Source: Deltaproteobacteria bacterium
GTDB taxonomy: Bacteria; Desulfobacterota; Dissulfuribacteria; Dissulfuribacterales; QOAL01
DNA length: 64,000 bases
Direction of reading: 5' to 3'
NCBI GenBank assembly: GCA_024275145.1
Contig: JAJRZR010000063.1
Coordinates: 1,231 to 65,230 of the forward strand
Notes under the pieces: model-generated
The model's database searches: none
Told to the model about the DNA's origin: nothing
What the model saw: the letters and a program-made list of their open reading frames with translations, nothing else
Position numbers and translations under genes: made by a program
Shown: positions 31,202-40,349 of the stretch, one piece after another
Layout of the letters: every line of letters starts with the position of its first letter
How positions within the stretch are numbered: the first letter of the stretch is position 1

Positions 31202-32770
31202 TCAAGGGTTATACTTTCCCCATCCCCCTCCTCCAGGGGTACGAATCTCTATCAAGTCGTCTTTTTCCACATGAAAATGGCCTTTGCCAGGGAGCCTTCT
31301 GTCGTACTTGCCGGATCGTACCAGAATATTCTCCCCTTTAGCACCAGGTTCTCCACCGGAGAGCCCATAGGGAGCAAGTCTTCGCCTTTCCGTAAGCAGT
31401 GTTACCGTTGCAGGCCTCAAGAACCTGTATGCCCTGATTATTCCCTCTCCACCACGGAACTTACCTTTTCCACCTGAACCGCACCTCAGTGCATACCTTT
31501 CTATCAGGAAGGGATATGCCTGCTCCAGTGCCTCGACAGGGGTGTTCAACGTATTCGTCATATGTACCTGTATGCCCGAAAGGCCGTCTGCCCCTGGCCT
31601 GCCACCCATTCCTCCGCCAATGGTTTCGTAATAGGTGTAGTCTCTTCCAGCTTCGTCTTTACCGCCGATTGCGATGTTGTTCATGGAGCCACAACTGGCG
31701 GCAGGTACGTTCCCAGGAATTGCCTGGGCCAGGGCTCCAAGGACACAGTCCACGATTCTCTGGGATGTCTCCACATTTCCTGCTGCTACTGGTGCTGGCG
31801 GCATTGCATCCAGAAGGCTTCCACGTCGGGTTATTATCCTTATAGGCCTGAGTGAACCTGCGTTTATGGGATAGTCACTGCCCAGTAGGCAGAAGAAACA
31901 GTACAGGGTGGCTGCCTTGGTTACACTTCTGACCGTATTGAGCCCTGTGGCCAACTGGTCCGCCGTTTCTGAGAAATCGACCTCCACGCTACTTCCTGAA
32001 ATCCGTATCTTTACGGTTATGGGGACCGGGGCGCTTCCCGCCCCATCATCATCCAGATAATCACTGAAATCATATTCTCCGTCAGGGAGATCGGATAAAA
32101 CAGCCCTCATTACCCTTTCACCATAGTCCAACAGGGGATTGATCTTTGCGTAAAAGGTGTCCGTGCCGTCTCTGGCTACGATTTCCTTGAGCCTTTGTCT
32201 ACCCCGGTCCAGGCAGGCAATCTGTGCCTTCAGGTCACCCATCCTTTCTTCCCTATTCCTCATTTTGTCTGTTATCCTCTTGAGAAACCGGTTGTCTATT
32301 TGATGGGTTCTGGCCAGGTACCCAGGCTCGATCAACACGCCTTCCTGATCAAGACTCGTAGCCACGGGCATTGAACCCGGGGTGATTCCACCTACATCTG
32401 CATGGTGCGCCCTTGTAACCAGGTAAAAAGAGGCCTCTGCCTGATCATCCAGGAAGACGCCGGTAACCAACGTTATGTCAGGCAGATGGGTTCCACCAAG
32501 GAATGGATTGTTGGTAATGATTATGTCCCCTGACTGAAACGTAAAAAGCTCCTTTACAGATTTTAGTGTCTCCGGCATGGCACCCAGATGTACCGGTATG
32601 TGGGCCGCTTGGGACAGCAGATTGCCACCCTGGTCAAAGATTGCACAGGAGAAATCACGTCGTTCCTTTATGTTGGGAGAAAATGCACTTTTCTGGAGCA
32701 GGATTCCCATCTCTTCCGCTACAGACGCGAGTTGCTTGTTGATTATCTGAATCTCTACCGGGCTTATCAT
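31202..32770 (-). CDS. Hydantoinase B/oxoprolinase-family protein
   Basis: ORF 31202-32824; HyuB-like from MISPVEIQIINKQL...SPNIKERRDFSCAIFD; C-terminal TPGGGGWG; no HyuA partner adjacent. Confidence 0.85.
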   Translation of the reverse strand: MISPVEIQIINKQLASVAEEMGILLQKSAFSPNIKERRDFSCAIFDQGGNLLSQAAHIPVHLGAMPETLKSVKELFTFQSGDIIITNNPFLGGTHLPDITLVTGVFLDDQAEASFYLVTRAHHADVGGITPGSMPVATSLDQEGVLIEPGYLARTHQIDNRFLKRITDKMRNREERMGDLKAQIACLDRGRQRLKEIVARDGTDTFYAKINPLLDYGERVMRAVLSDLPDGEYDFSDYLDDDGAGSAPVPITVKIRISGSSVEVDFSETADQLATGLNTVRSVTKAATLYCFFCLLGSDYPINAGSLRPIRIITRRGSLLDAMPPAPVAAGNVETSQRIVDCVLGALAQAIPGNVPAASCGSMNNIAIGGKDEAGRDYTYYETIGGGMGGRPGADGLSGIQVHMTNTLNTPVEALEQAYPFLIERYALRCGSGGKGKFRGGEGIIRAYRFLRPATVTLLTERRRLAPYGLSGGEPGAKGENILVRSGKYDRRLPGKGHFHVEKDDLIEIRTPGGGGWGKYNP

Positions 32771-32857
32771 AATTACTCCTGCCTCAATTTGCGCTATTTG
32801 ATAGTATTTTGTCCCGATTGACAAGCCTATTAGGTCAAATTAGGATAAATAGGCCAA

Positions 32858-32934
<77 letters not shown>

Positions 32935-33006
32935 TTCTGATCGTTATTCGTGGTTGCCGGTTACATATCCGGTCTCCATCCAACATTCCTGGATTGCAGC
33001 CTGCTT

Positions 33007-34197
33007 GTGGGTACGTTGATTGAAAGACAGAGACAAAATCAGCCGGGGAAGGTTGGCCAAAGGCCACTGGTCCTGCGGTCTGTAAGGGGGATTTCCCTGC
33101 CCGTAACCGACAAGGCCGCATCAATGGCCTTTTATAGGGACGTGTTGGGCCTGGTGCCAAGGCATGATGGGAAAACCCTGGAGATGTCCCTTGGCGGTTT
33201 TTCTTTCTTTATTGAAGAAACCGATAGGGTCAGGCAACCTTGCAGCCTGGTATTTGAGATTCCCATATGGGAGATTCTGGACGCCCTGGACCGCATAAAG
33301 ACCTTTGGTATCTCCGTATTTGGGCCTGAAAACATAGGGGACAGTTATCAGGTCCTGTACCTCAGGGATCCTGATGGACATCGTGTCGAGATCAGGGCTG
33401 CCGGATCCCGGGAGGAACTCCGACAGAGCGGGGCGCCATCCATTGAACGCCCGGGGGACAGGCATGACCCAATGCGCTGGAAGTGCCTTTATGACAAGGC
33501 CCCGGTGAATCGTATGCCTTGGTATACGGAAGTGTTGGACCGTGAGTTTGCCGATTGCCTGGGCACTATGGCGCCATTGCCCGGAAGATTCCTTGAACTT
33601 GGATGTGGGGCAGGTACTGCTGCCTCGAGGCTGGCCGCATTGGGTTATGAGGTTGTCGCCCTGGATATAGCGCCAGGGGCAATATGCCATGCGAAGGAGG
33701 CATACGGTGAGAATTCGCACCTTGCCTTTAAAATAGCCGATGTCCTCGAGCCCATGGATCATCTGGGCACCTTCGATTATATATTCGACAGAGGCTGCTT
33801 CCATACCCTGCCTCCTGAAAAACGGGATTTATATATCTCCAATATACTGTCTGTTCTTAAGCCGGCTGGTCGGTTATTCCTTAAAGTCTTCAGTAGGGAC
33901 GAGCCGGGAGATTGGGGCCCGTTCCGGTTTTCCGAAAAGGATATCAGGGAATATTTCAAAGAGCAGTTCATTATAAAATCTGTCAGGGCCGTCACCTTTG
34001 TCGGCAACCTTCCTGCGAACCCAAAGGGGATCTTTGTGGTTCTGGAGAGGAAAAGTCGTCACGAAGGGGGGGGTTGCCCGCTAGGCTCCCGTGCGATTTG
34101 CCTTGTACCTGAAAAGAAGGCCTTGACAAGGTCATGCCGTCTGGAAGTATGGAAGCCTATCTTTAGGCCCTTTTTCTCCTGCATTCACTCTACATGA
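33007..34197 (+). CDS. Fusion protein: VOC/glyoxalase-like domain plus SAM-dependent methyltransferase (TPMT/TehB-like)
   Basis: ORF 32950-34197 (start uncertain; GTG 33007 or TTG 33016). N-terminal VOC pattern (ISLPVTDKAASMAFYRDVLGL...LRDPDGHRVEI). C-terminal MTase motif I LELGCGAGTAASRLAALG and FDRGCFH. Confidence 0.7.
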   Translation: MGTLIERQRQNQPGKVGQRPLVLRSVRGISLPVTDKAASMAFYRDVLGLVPRHDGKTLEMSLGGFSFFIEETDRVRQPCSLVFEIPIWEILDALDRIKTFGISVFGPENIGDSYQVLYLRDPDGHRVEIRAAGSREELRQSGAPSIERPGDRHDPMRWKCLYDKAPVNRMPWYTEVLDREFADCLGTMAPLPGRFLELGCGAGTAASRLAALGYEVVALDIAPGAICHAKEAYGENSHLAFKIADVLEPMDHLGTFDYIFDRGCFHTLPPEKRDLYISNILSVLKPAGRLFLKVFSRDEPGDWGPFRFSEKDIREYFKEQFIIKSVRAVTFVGNLPANPKGIFVVLERKSRHEGGGCPLGSRAICLVPEKKALTRSCRLEVWKPIFRPFFSCIHST

Positions 34198-35753
34198 AGA
34201 AACAAAACCTTATGTGGTATGTGTCCTTCCCGGGGGTCCTGAGTGTTACAGGTGTCGTGATCTTTCTGGCCTGGCGCCCGGCAGCTGTCCTCAAGGGCAT
34301 ATTACAGCATCAGAAAGGGGTATCCGATCCTACCTTTCTAGTATACTTCCGGGTGGAAATATTTGCGGTTTGTTTCGTCTTCCTGGGGCTTTGTGTCCTG
34401 TTGGCATACTGGGTTTCCCTCACTATGCGCCGTACATTTGAAGCGATCCGGAACAGGGTTGAAGGCTTTGCAGAGGGTGATTTCAGCAGCAGGTTGTCGG
34501 AGGACACGGCCTGTATGGTACCCGTAGAGTTGGAGGATCTTGTCCGTACCGTTAATAGCGTGGCCGATGGCCTTGAAAGGCGTTTCCAGACAATCGTTTG
34601 CCAAGGCAAGGAGCTGGAGCTTGTTTTTAGGAACATGCAGGAGGCGGTGCTGCTGCTCGATCCTGATGACAGGATACTGAGGCTGAACAGTGCAGCGTCT
34701 GATCTTTTCAAGATGGATATGGACAAGGCCTGTGGACAGTCTATCCACGGCGTTGTCAGGAATCTGGATTTCAGGCGGCATATAAGGAAGGCTCGTGATG
34801 CCAGGGAATGGATCAAGGAGGAGTTGATCCTCTATGAGGGGTCAGGGCAGCGCTATCTCCAGGTTCATATGGTGGGTCTCAGGAACGGGCAGGGGGATCC
34901 GGAGGGGACCTTGATCCTCATGAACGATTTGACGAGCCTTGAGCGTCTGGAGCGTGCACGCAGGGATTTCGTTGACAACGTATCCCACGAGATCAGGACC
35001 CCGGTTACATCGATAAAAGGATATGCGGAGACACTGCTGGATGGGGCATTGGAGGATCCTGCTTATGCCAGGCGTTTTCTGGAGATCATATGCAGGCAGG
35101 CCGATCGCCTCGGGGCACTTACCAGGGATCTTTTGGCCTTGGCAAGTATGGAACAGGGCTTCAAAGGATATGACATCCCTTTTACGGAGGAAAGGATACG
35201 GGACGTGCTGGAGTCAGCCATGGAGATATGTGCCTTGAAGGCCAGGGACAGGCACGTGAATTTGAGCGTTTCTTGCCCAGAGGACATCAAGGCCGTTATA
35301 AACTTCAGGCTGTTAGAGCAGGCCGTAACAAATTTGGTCACAAATGCCATAAGATATAGTTGCGAGTCAGGCGATGTAATCATACGTGGTGCCCTTGTCA
35401 CCTTGCCTGGAGGGGAGAAGGAGGTGGTCATAAGTGTACAGGATTTCGGGGTAGGTATCGGGGCCGAGCACCTCCCAAGGTTATTTGAGAGGTTTTATCG
35501 GGGTGACAGGGCACGAATCAGGGAGCCTGGCAGGGCCACCCGTGTGTCCGGTTCTGTATCCCATGGGGCAAAGATAGGGTTTCAATTAAAACGTTGTGCC
35601 CATTTCGCATCAGAAGGTGCCGGACTGGGCCTTGCCATAGTTAAACATATAGTGCAGGCCCATGGAGGTAGGGTGGATGTATCAAGCAAGATCGGGAAGG
35701 GGGCGACCTTTTTTATCTATCTTCCGCTGGATCGGCGATCAGGTGATCATTGA
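34194..35753 (+). CDS. Sensor histidine kinase (TM-HAMP-PAS-HisKA-HATPase, PhoR-like)
   Basis: 519-aa ORF; two TM helices, H-box FVDNVSHEIRTPVTSI, N-box LVTNAIRYS, G-boxes DFGVGI and GAGLGLAIV; start overlaps the upstream stop (ATGA). Confidence 0.88.
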   Translation: MKKQNLMWYVSFPGVLSVTGVVIFLAWRPAAVLKGILQHQKGVSDPTFLVYFRVEIFAVCFVFLGLCVLLAYWVSLTMRRTFEAIRNRVEGFAEGDFSSRLSEDTACMVPVELEDLVRTVNSVADGLERRFQTIVCQGKELELVFRNMQEAVLLLDPDDRILRLNSAASDLFKMDMDKACGQSIHGVVRNLDFRRHIRKARDAREWIKEELILYEGSGQRYLQVHMVGLRNGQGDPEGTLILMNDLTSLERLERARRDFVDNVSHEIRTPVTSIKGYAETLLDGALEDPAYARRFLEIICRQADRLGALTRDLLALASMEQGFKGYDIPFTEERIRDVLESAMEICALKARDRHVNLSVSCPEDIKAVINFRLLEQAVTNLVTNAIRYSCESGDVIIRGALVTLPGGEKEVVISVQDFGVGIGAEHLPRLFERFYRGDRARIREPGRATRVSGSVSHGAKIGFQLKRCAHFASEGAGLGLAIVKHIVQAHGGRVDVSSKIGKGATFFIYLPLDRRSGDH

Positions 35754-36892
35754 CATGCATCTTTTATGGCCATGGCCAGTTCCTCCACATGGCTGTCGAG
35801 GTTGTGATTGATAATTTTCCATTGGCTCTCAGGCCCATGCCGGTATTCCTCTTCTATGGGATGGTAGAGATGACGTATCTCCTTGCCGTCCAGATCCGCG
35901 AGGGTCTTCTCGATCGTGTGGGCCGGGGCCGGTAACGGGTTACCATTTCCCTCCTTTTTTTCTAAGGCCCTGAAGAGGCCGCTTACCGCCGCTTCTAGGT
36001 ATTCTTTCGGTGCCCACACCGGTTCCTCTATCCCATTGAGCCGGTCCATACGTATCTGGATCGTATGTTCCAGGAAGAAGTAGATCAGGCCGATAAAGGG
36101 ATCAATGGTCGTATCGGAAAAGAGCGGTTCATAACCCCTTACGGTAGTCAGCCTGACTTCAATCGGTTGCTTTGATGTCCTTAGTATGAAGTCTCCTGCC
36201 CCGTTGTGCCATGGGCCAATCCGTTGCATCGTTTTTACGTTGTAATACATGGTGAGGATGAAGGAGATTTTGGAAAAAAGTTGGAGGGCCTCATCCCTTT
36301 TAAGCCATCTGTGACCTCTTTTTGTATCCCAGAGACGTATTTCCAGGCCAGTGGATTCATCCCTGGAAAAATGCCATTCATGGAAGTCGTCGAACCATTG
36401 GTAGGCTGCCATCAGGAATTTCACACATCTATCGTGGCAGTGACAATCCACCAAGGTTTTCACATATGGACAGGGCAGATATGAAAGGCCAGTTTCCCTG
36501 TTTAACCGGCGGATTAATTCGTATTCGTTTTCAAGGTACCTTTTCCCTGCTGTGGAAATGGCAGAGGCTATGCAGACCCTTGCCATTTCGCTGTCCTTAA
36601 AGAGATCGGCGCTTGCCATATGATAAAGGGCTCCATGTTTTTCTGCTCGGATTACAATACGTTCCAGGACTTGCTCTTTCCTGTTCTCATCTGTAGATGC
36701 GGGGGCTGCAAACAGGTCAGAGAGGGATTCCAATCCCGCGGTGTATAGGAAGTGTTCTATACAACGGAAATAGTCTCCTAGGGTCAGGAATTCATGTTTC
36801 TCGGACAGGGAGAGCCTGAAGGGCTTTTTGAGATCAGATGGCCCTACCGGAATATCCCCTAGGGGGCTGGAAAATAGGTAGGTGCTTTTCAT
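35747..36892 (-). CDS. Hypothetical protein (381 aa), no family recognised
   Basis: Long uninterrupted ORF with a protein-like composition; weak resemblance of GPWHNGAGDFIL to a kinase-like catalytic loop; 3' end overlaps the convergent kinase gene by 7 nt. Confidence 0.55.
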   Translation of the reverse strand: MKSTYLFSSPLGDIPVGPSDLKKPFRLSLSEKHEFLTLGDYFRCIEHFLYTAGLESLSDLFAAPASTDENRKEQVLERIVIRAEKHGALYHMASADLFKDSEMARVCIASAISTAGKRYLENEYELIRRLNRETGLSYLPCPYVKTLVDCHCHDRCVKFLMAAYQWFDDFHEWHFSRDESTGLEIRLWDTKRGHRWLKRDEALQLFSKISFILTMYYNVKTMQRIGPWHNGAGDFILRTSKQPIEVRLTTVRGYEPLFSDTTIDPFIGLIYFFLEHTIQIRMDRLNGIEEPVWAPKEYLEAAVSGLFRALEKKEGNGNPLPAPAHTIEKTLADLDGKEIRHLYHPIEEEYRHGPESQWKIINHNLDSHVEELAMAIKDACQ

Positions 36893-36956
36893 GAAGCGGC
36901 TATAGCAGAAAAATTTGATATTTCAATTCATATCATTTTGTTAAAGAATCTGTCAA

Positions 36957-36982
36957 GAAACAGGGGACAGGCGAAGTATTCA
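36957..36982 (+). repeat. Direct repeat R1 flanking the Y1-transposase unit (hairpin-forming)
   Basis: GAAACAGGGGACAGGCGAAGTATTCA, 22/26 identical to R2 at 38267-38292; embedded in a hairpin GAAAC(A)GGG...CCCGTTTC. Confidence 0.6.
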
Positions 36983-37341
36983 AGCCCGTTTCCCTTTATT
37001 TCGATGAGCTTTTTAAGCGATCAGGGCAAAATAGAAATGGAATAATAAAAGGGAGAAAAAGAGGTATAAAGATGAAAGGTAACTGACTATCGATTCCCAT
37101 CCAGGCACCAGGGGCTTTTCGAAAAGGTGGTTGCTTTGTTCACCAACAAGGCCGTAGAGGGGCTAAAGATTAAAATTCAGTACACGCGTAGCCTGCGTTA
37201 GATCTTCGGCAATGCACAATTTTGTCAGGCAACGATATAGTTTCAAGGTGATCTTTTAGAAAAGAATTTTGTTATCTTTGCAAGGCCGGTATCTACTGAC
37301 TAGTACCTTACCAGTAAGGAAATAGCGCGAGACTTAATCCT

Positions 37342-37787
37342 ATGGCACGCATACCTAGGATGATAATTACAGAAAAATTTACAGTTATCACATTATGTCA
37401 AGGACGGCTCTGGATGGCTACGTTATAAAAGCCATAGAGAAGGATTATCTGCTAGACCTCATCAAGCGCCTGAGTACAGTCTATTTCGTGGAGGTCTTGG
37501 GCTTTTGTATTATGGGGAATCATTTTCATCTTATGGCTCGAATGTACCCAGGAGACTGTTACGATGATGACGAGGTGATGAGGCGTTTTTGTCGATATTA
37601 TGGTGTCGATGGTGATAAGTATCTGGAAGATGGTAGAATCCGGTTCTTTCGTGAGGAATGGTCTAATCTCTCCGAATATGTCCGTGAGATAAAACAGACC
37701 TTTTCCCGTTTTTACAATAAGAGGCATGATCCCAAGTCGTATACTCAAGTGTTGGGAGAAGGGAATTATGGTAGCCAACTGGAGTAG
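37342..37787 (+). pseudogene. Y1 (HUH) transposase, IS200-like/REP-associated type, frameshifted and 3'-truncated
   Basis: ATG 37342 gives MARIPRMIITEKF. A 1-nt frame change near 37378-37383 joins it to YSYHIMSRTALDG...FCIMGNHFHLMAR (HUH motif)...FSRFYNKRH. The conserved C-terminal half (catalytic Tyr region) is missing. Confidence 0.65.
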
Positions 37788-38157
37788 GTGGGATCACTGG
37801 GCCCGGTCATACAGGCTGGGGAAGGTCCTTTTTGTTCTTATTGCCGTCAGCGGACTCCTGATATGGTTCCTTTATACGAAGGAATCCTGCCAACTCGTAA
37901 GAAGAGAAACCGTGTGGGCCACCTTGGAGGAGATAAAAAGATATCCAACAGGCAGGCTCCATACAAAATATGGTATCTCTGAGGGATACGAAATAATACG
38001 GGCCACTCTCAAGCTTCCTGACGGCAAGAGGCTTGAAATTCCCTTTAACGGCCTGCGAGACCTGGAACCTGGGGTGCCTGTCCCACTGGTGGTTGAATAT
38101 TACAGCAATGGGGAGAGGCTCTATTTTGTCGATCGCCTGAAATTGTTTTCAGAGTGA
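37726..38157 (+). CDS. Small membrane-anchored protein of unknown function (start uncertain, possibly ATG 37768)
   Basis: 143-aa ORF; one TM helix (VLFVLIAVSGLLIWFLY) followed by a ~90-aa soluble domain; the 5' end overlaps the truncated transposase. Confidence 0.45.
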   Translation: MIPSRILKCWEKGIMVANWSRWDHWARSYRLGKVLFVLIAVSGLLIWFLYTKESCQLVRRETVWATLEEIKRYPTGRLHTKYGISEGYEIIRATLKLPDGKRLEIPFNGLRDLEPGVPVPLVVEYYSNGERLYFVDRLKLFSE

Positions 38158-38266
38158 CTGTGGAGTTTTTGCCGATTGTCGCTCCTGGGTCTGAAACGTG
38201 CTATGGGATGATTTTTGAGATGCTTGATCCTGGCCAAGTTCGGGAAATTTTTTAATTCCTTTACAG

Positions 38267-38292
38267 GAAACGGGGGATAGGCGAATTGTTCA
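38267..38292 (+). repeat. Direct repeat R2 flanking the Y1-transposase unit
   Basis: GAAACGGGGGATAGGCGAATTGTTCA; same orientation as R1; can pair GGAAAC...GTTCC. Confidence 0.6.
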
Positions 38293-38406
38293 CTATACTT
38301 GTTCCATCACAGTGCACCGCTTAAGTAACGTACTCGCGCGCTGGATGGTGTGCGGAGGGGGAGAAAAAAGTTGCTCTTTACCCGATTAGGCGATTCAGGC
38401 TTTATA

Positions 38407-40078
38407 CCCGGATTATGCAGCACAGGGCCTGCATGTCCAGTTGTGGCATGATGTTATAACATTTGTGACAAGTTTGTACCTGGACCTCCTTTTGAGGGTC
38501 CCCAGGGGATAAAAATCAATGAATCAGCCCCCTTTGTTTGCACGAAATGTCCTGGGAAAATCACAAGAAATCACACCTCCGCCCTCCCGGACCCGGGCCG
38601 ACCATCTATGTGCCTGTCGGGGAAAGCGAATCAGGCGAGGGCGACAAGCGCCTTCCTGAATTCCCCCTTGTAGGGCCACCAGTCCGCCAGCTTGAGCCTG
38701 ACCTTGCGACCGCTGTAGGTATCCAGAAAAGCTTCCAGCGGATGGTGCCGGCCATCTCCTTTGAGGCTCCATGACCAAGAACCCTTTCCTTGAGCCAGTT
38801 CATCAGGTTATAGGCCAGATGACCAATTCAAAATAGAGCCCGGCATCTGCCCAATGCCTCGAAATACCCTTGTCCAGGCCGAATCCGTAGATGCTCTCCT
38901 TGATAAATTTCTCAACAGCAGGCACGCTTGTTGTAAATTCACCAGACCTCCTCGCCAGGAGCCTTGCTGTTGGTGGCAATTATCTGATAATTATAAAGAT
39001 CCCCCTGAACGTTGAAAAGCTTGAGCTCCTTACGGGGCCTCTCTCCCTTGCGAGCCAACTCCCGAATCACCACAAGGCGCATGTCCTTGAGAGAGGGAAT
39101 CGGCAGACTCAACTCGCCCACAGCAAGACCTTCGCCAAACTCCCTCCAGTTGCCGATACTGGGGATCATCCTCTGGAGCCATATCTGCTGGGGTGTCACT
39201 ACATAGAACTCGATCTTGCGCTTCATCATCCAGTGCAGAAATTCGATCCTGAAAAAACCACTGTCGGCCCAGAGCCTTTTTACCCTGTTCTCAGGCAGCT
39301 TTTTCATTATGGACCGGAGAAAATCCTGTGCCTCGTAACCACTGGTGCGATTGCCGGGACGGAAAACACCCCCGATATAGTCCCTTGTTTTCCCAATAAA
39401 GCACACGAGAGGGTGGTAGTTGGACCTGCCCACGTTTCTTGGGATTTATAACCCCTTTTGGCCCTGTGCTGCCTGCCAAAGACCAGTATGGCGTGGGAAT
39501 CCAGGTCCAGGGTGATGGTTTTCATGTAACGAAATCCCCCTGCGGATTTTTTTCAATCTCCTGAAGTTGATCTCTGCCACATGCTCAGCCTTGTGAACCG
39601 TGATCCTGGAAAGAAAACGGCTGATCGTAGCCTGGGAGGGAAACCTGGTAAGGCCGGCCAGCTTTTGAAACACCTTGTCTGCCCTGGGTTCCATCATGTG
39701 GATCGGCCTGAAGATGCCCATCATCAGGGCATAGAGTATGCCGTAGCAGACTTCGAAGGGGCTGTAATCTTCTTTGCGTCGCTTGCTGGTGTCAACAACC
39801 TCGAGGTGTTGATCCACCTTCAACTTGTCCAGGAACCGGCACGCAAGCCCCCGCCCCCGAAACGGGTAAGATTTTTGCCGGTGAACTCCTCCTTTGGTTT
39901 ACGATCACTGTAATTTTTGTGCAATATTTCTTGTCACCTTTTTGGTGCCTCCTTTCCTTGTTTGTAGATACTCTTGTTTTACCAGGAAAGGGGGCTTTTT
40001 GTGTCTAAAATCAGTATATTACTTCGATAAATCAGTTACTAGTTATCCACTAGTGCCCTGCGAGCTGCATAATTTGGG
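38407..40078 (-). mobile_element. Degraded insertion sequence (~1672 bp) with imperfect terminal inverted repeats; DDE transposase of IS1380/IS4-superfamily type
   Basis: Left end CCCGGATTATGCAGCACAGGGC versus right end (rc) CCCAAATTATGCAGCTCGCAGGGC; the interior encodes transposase fragments; the length fits IS1380-like elements. Confidence 0.7.
38524..39888 (-). pseudogene. DDE transposase pseudogene (at least 3-4 frameshifts)
   Basis: Fragments in different frames: FTGKNLTRFGG.../RFLDKLKVDQHLE...(39446-39823), KTITLDLDSHAILVFG, YHPLVCFIGKTRDYIGGVFRPGNRTSG...LWADSGFF (38939-39433), and C-terminal pieces at 38524-38803. Confidence 0.7.
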
Positions 40079-40310
40079 ATTAAAGGTTGGAGGCACACAT
40101 TTGAATTTTTTATCGCTGTACAACTCCCTGTCCTTCCTTCTAGGCCCATTGCGGCGGGTTTTTGCTTTTAAAAATAATTTTACTACCATAGCAAATGCCG
40201 TTTCTTGCTCTGTCGGTATGTTTCAGATCTCCAGGCGGGGGAATACGGTAACACGCCTGTCCACGAGCCTTGAAACCTTCATCTGCACGAGGGAGGAAGT
40301 TGGGCACTCC

Positions 40311-40338
40311 AAAAAAAGGGCAGCCATTTTCGCTGCCC
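40311..40338 (-). terminator. Rho-independent terminator downstream of tRNA-Arg(TCT)
   Basis: Minus strand GGGCAGC-GAAAATG-GCTGCCC followed by TTTTTTT, starting 12 nt after the tRNA 3' end. Confidence 0.75.
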
Positions 40339-40349
40339 TTGGTTTCCTT

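Noticed and set aside
36893-40349. A tRNA-Arg(TCT)-anchored integrative genomic island with att repeats.
   Set aside because: No integrase gene is present. I could find no duplicated copy of the tRNA 3' segment (…CGACTCGAACACGCAACC…) elsewhere in 35-40 kb. The patch is better explained by independent IS and Y1-element insertions.
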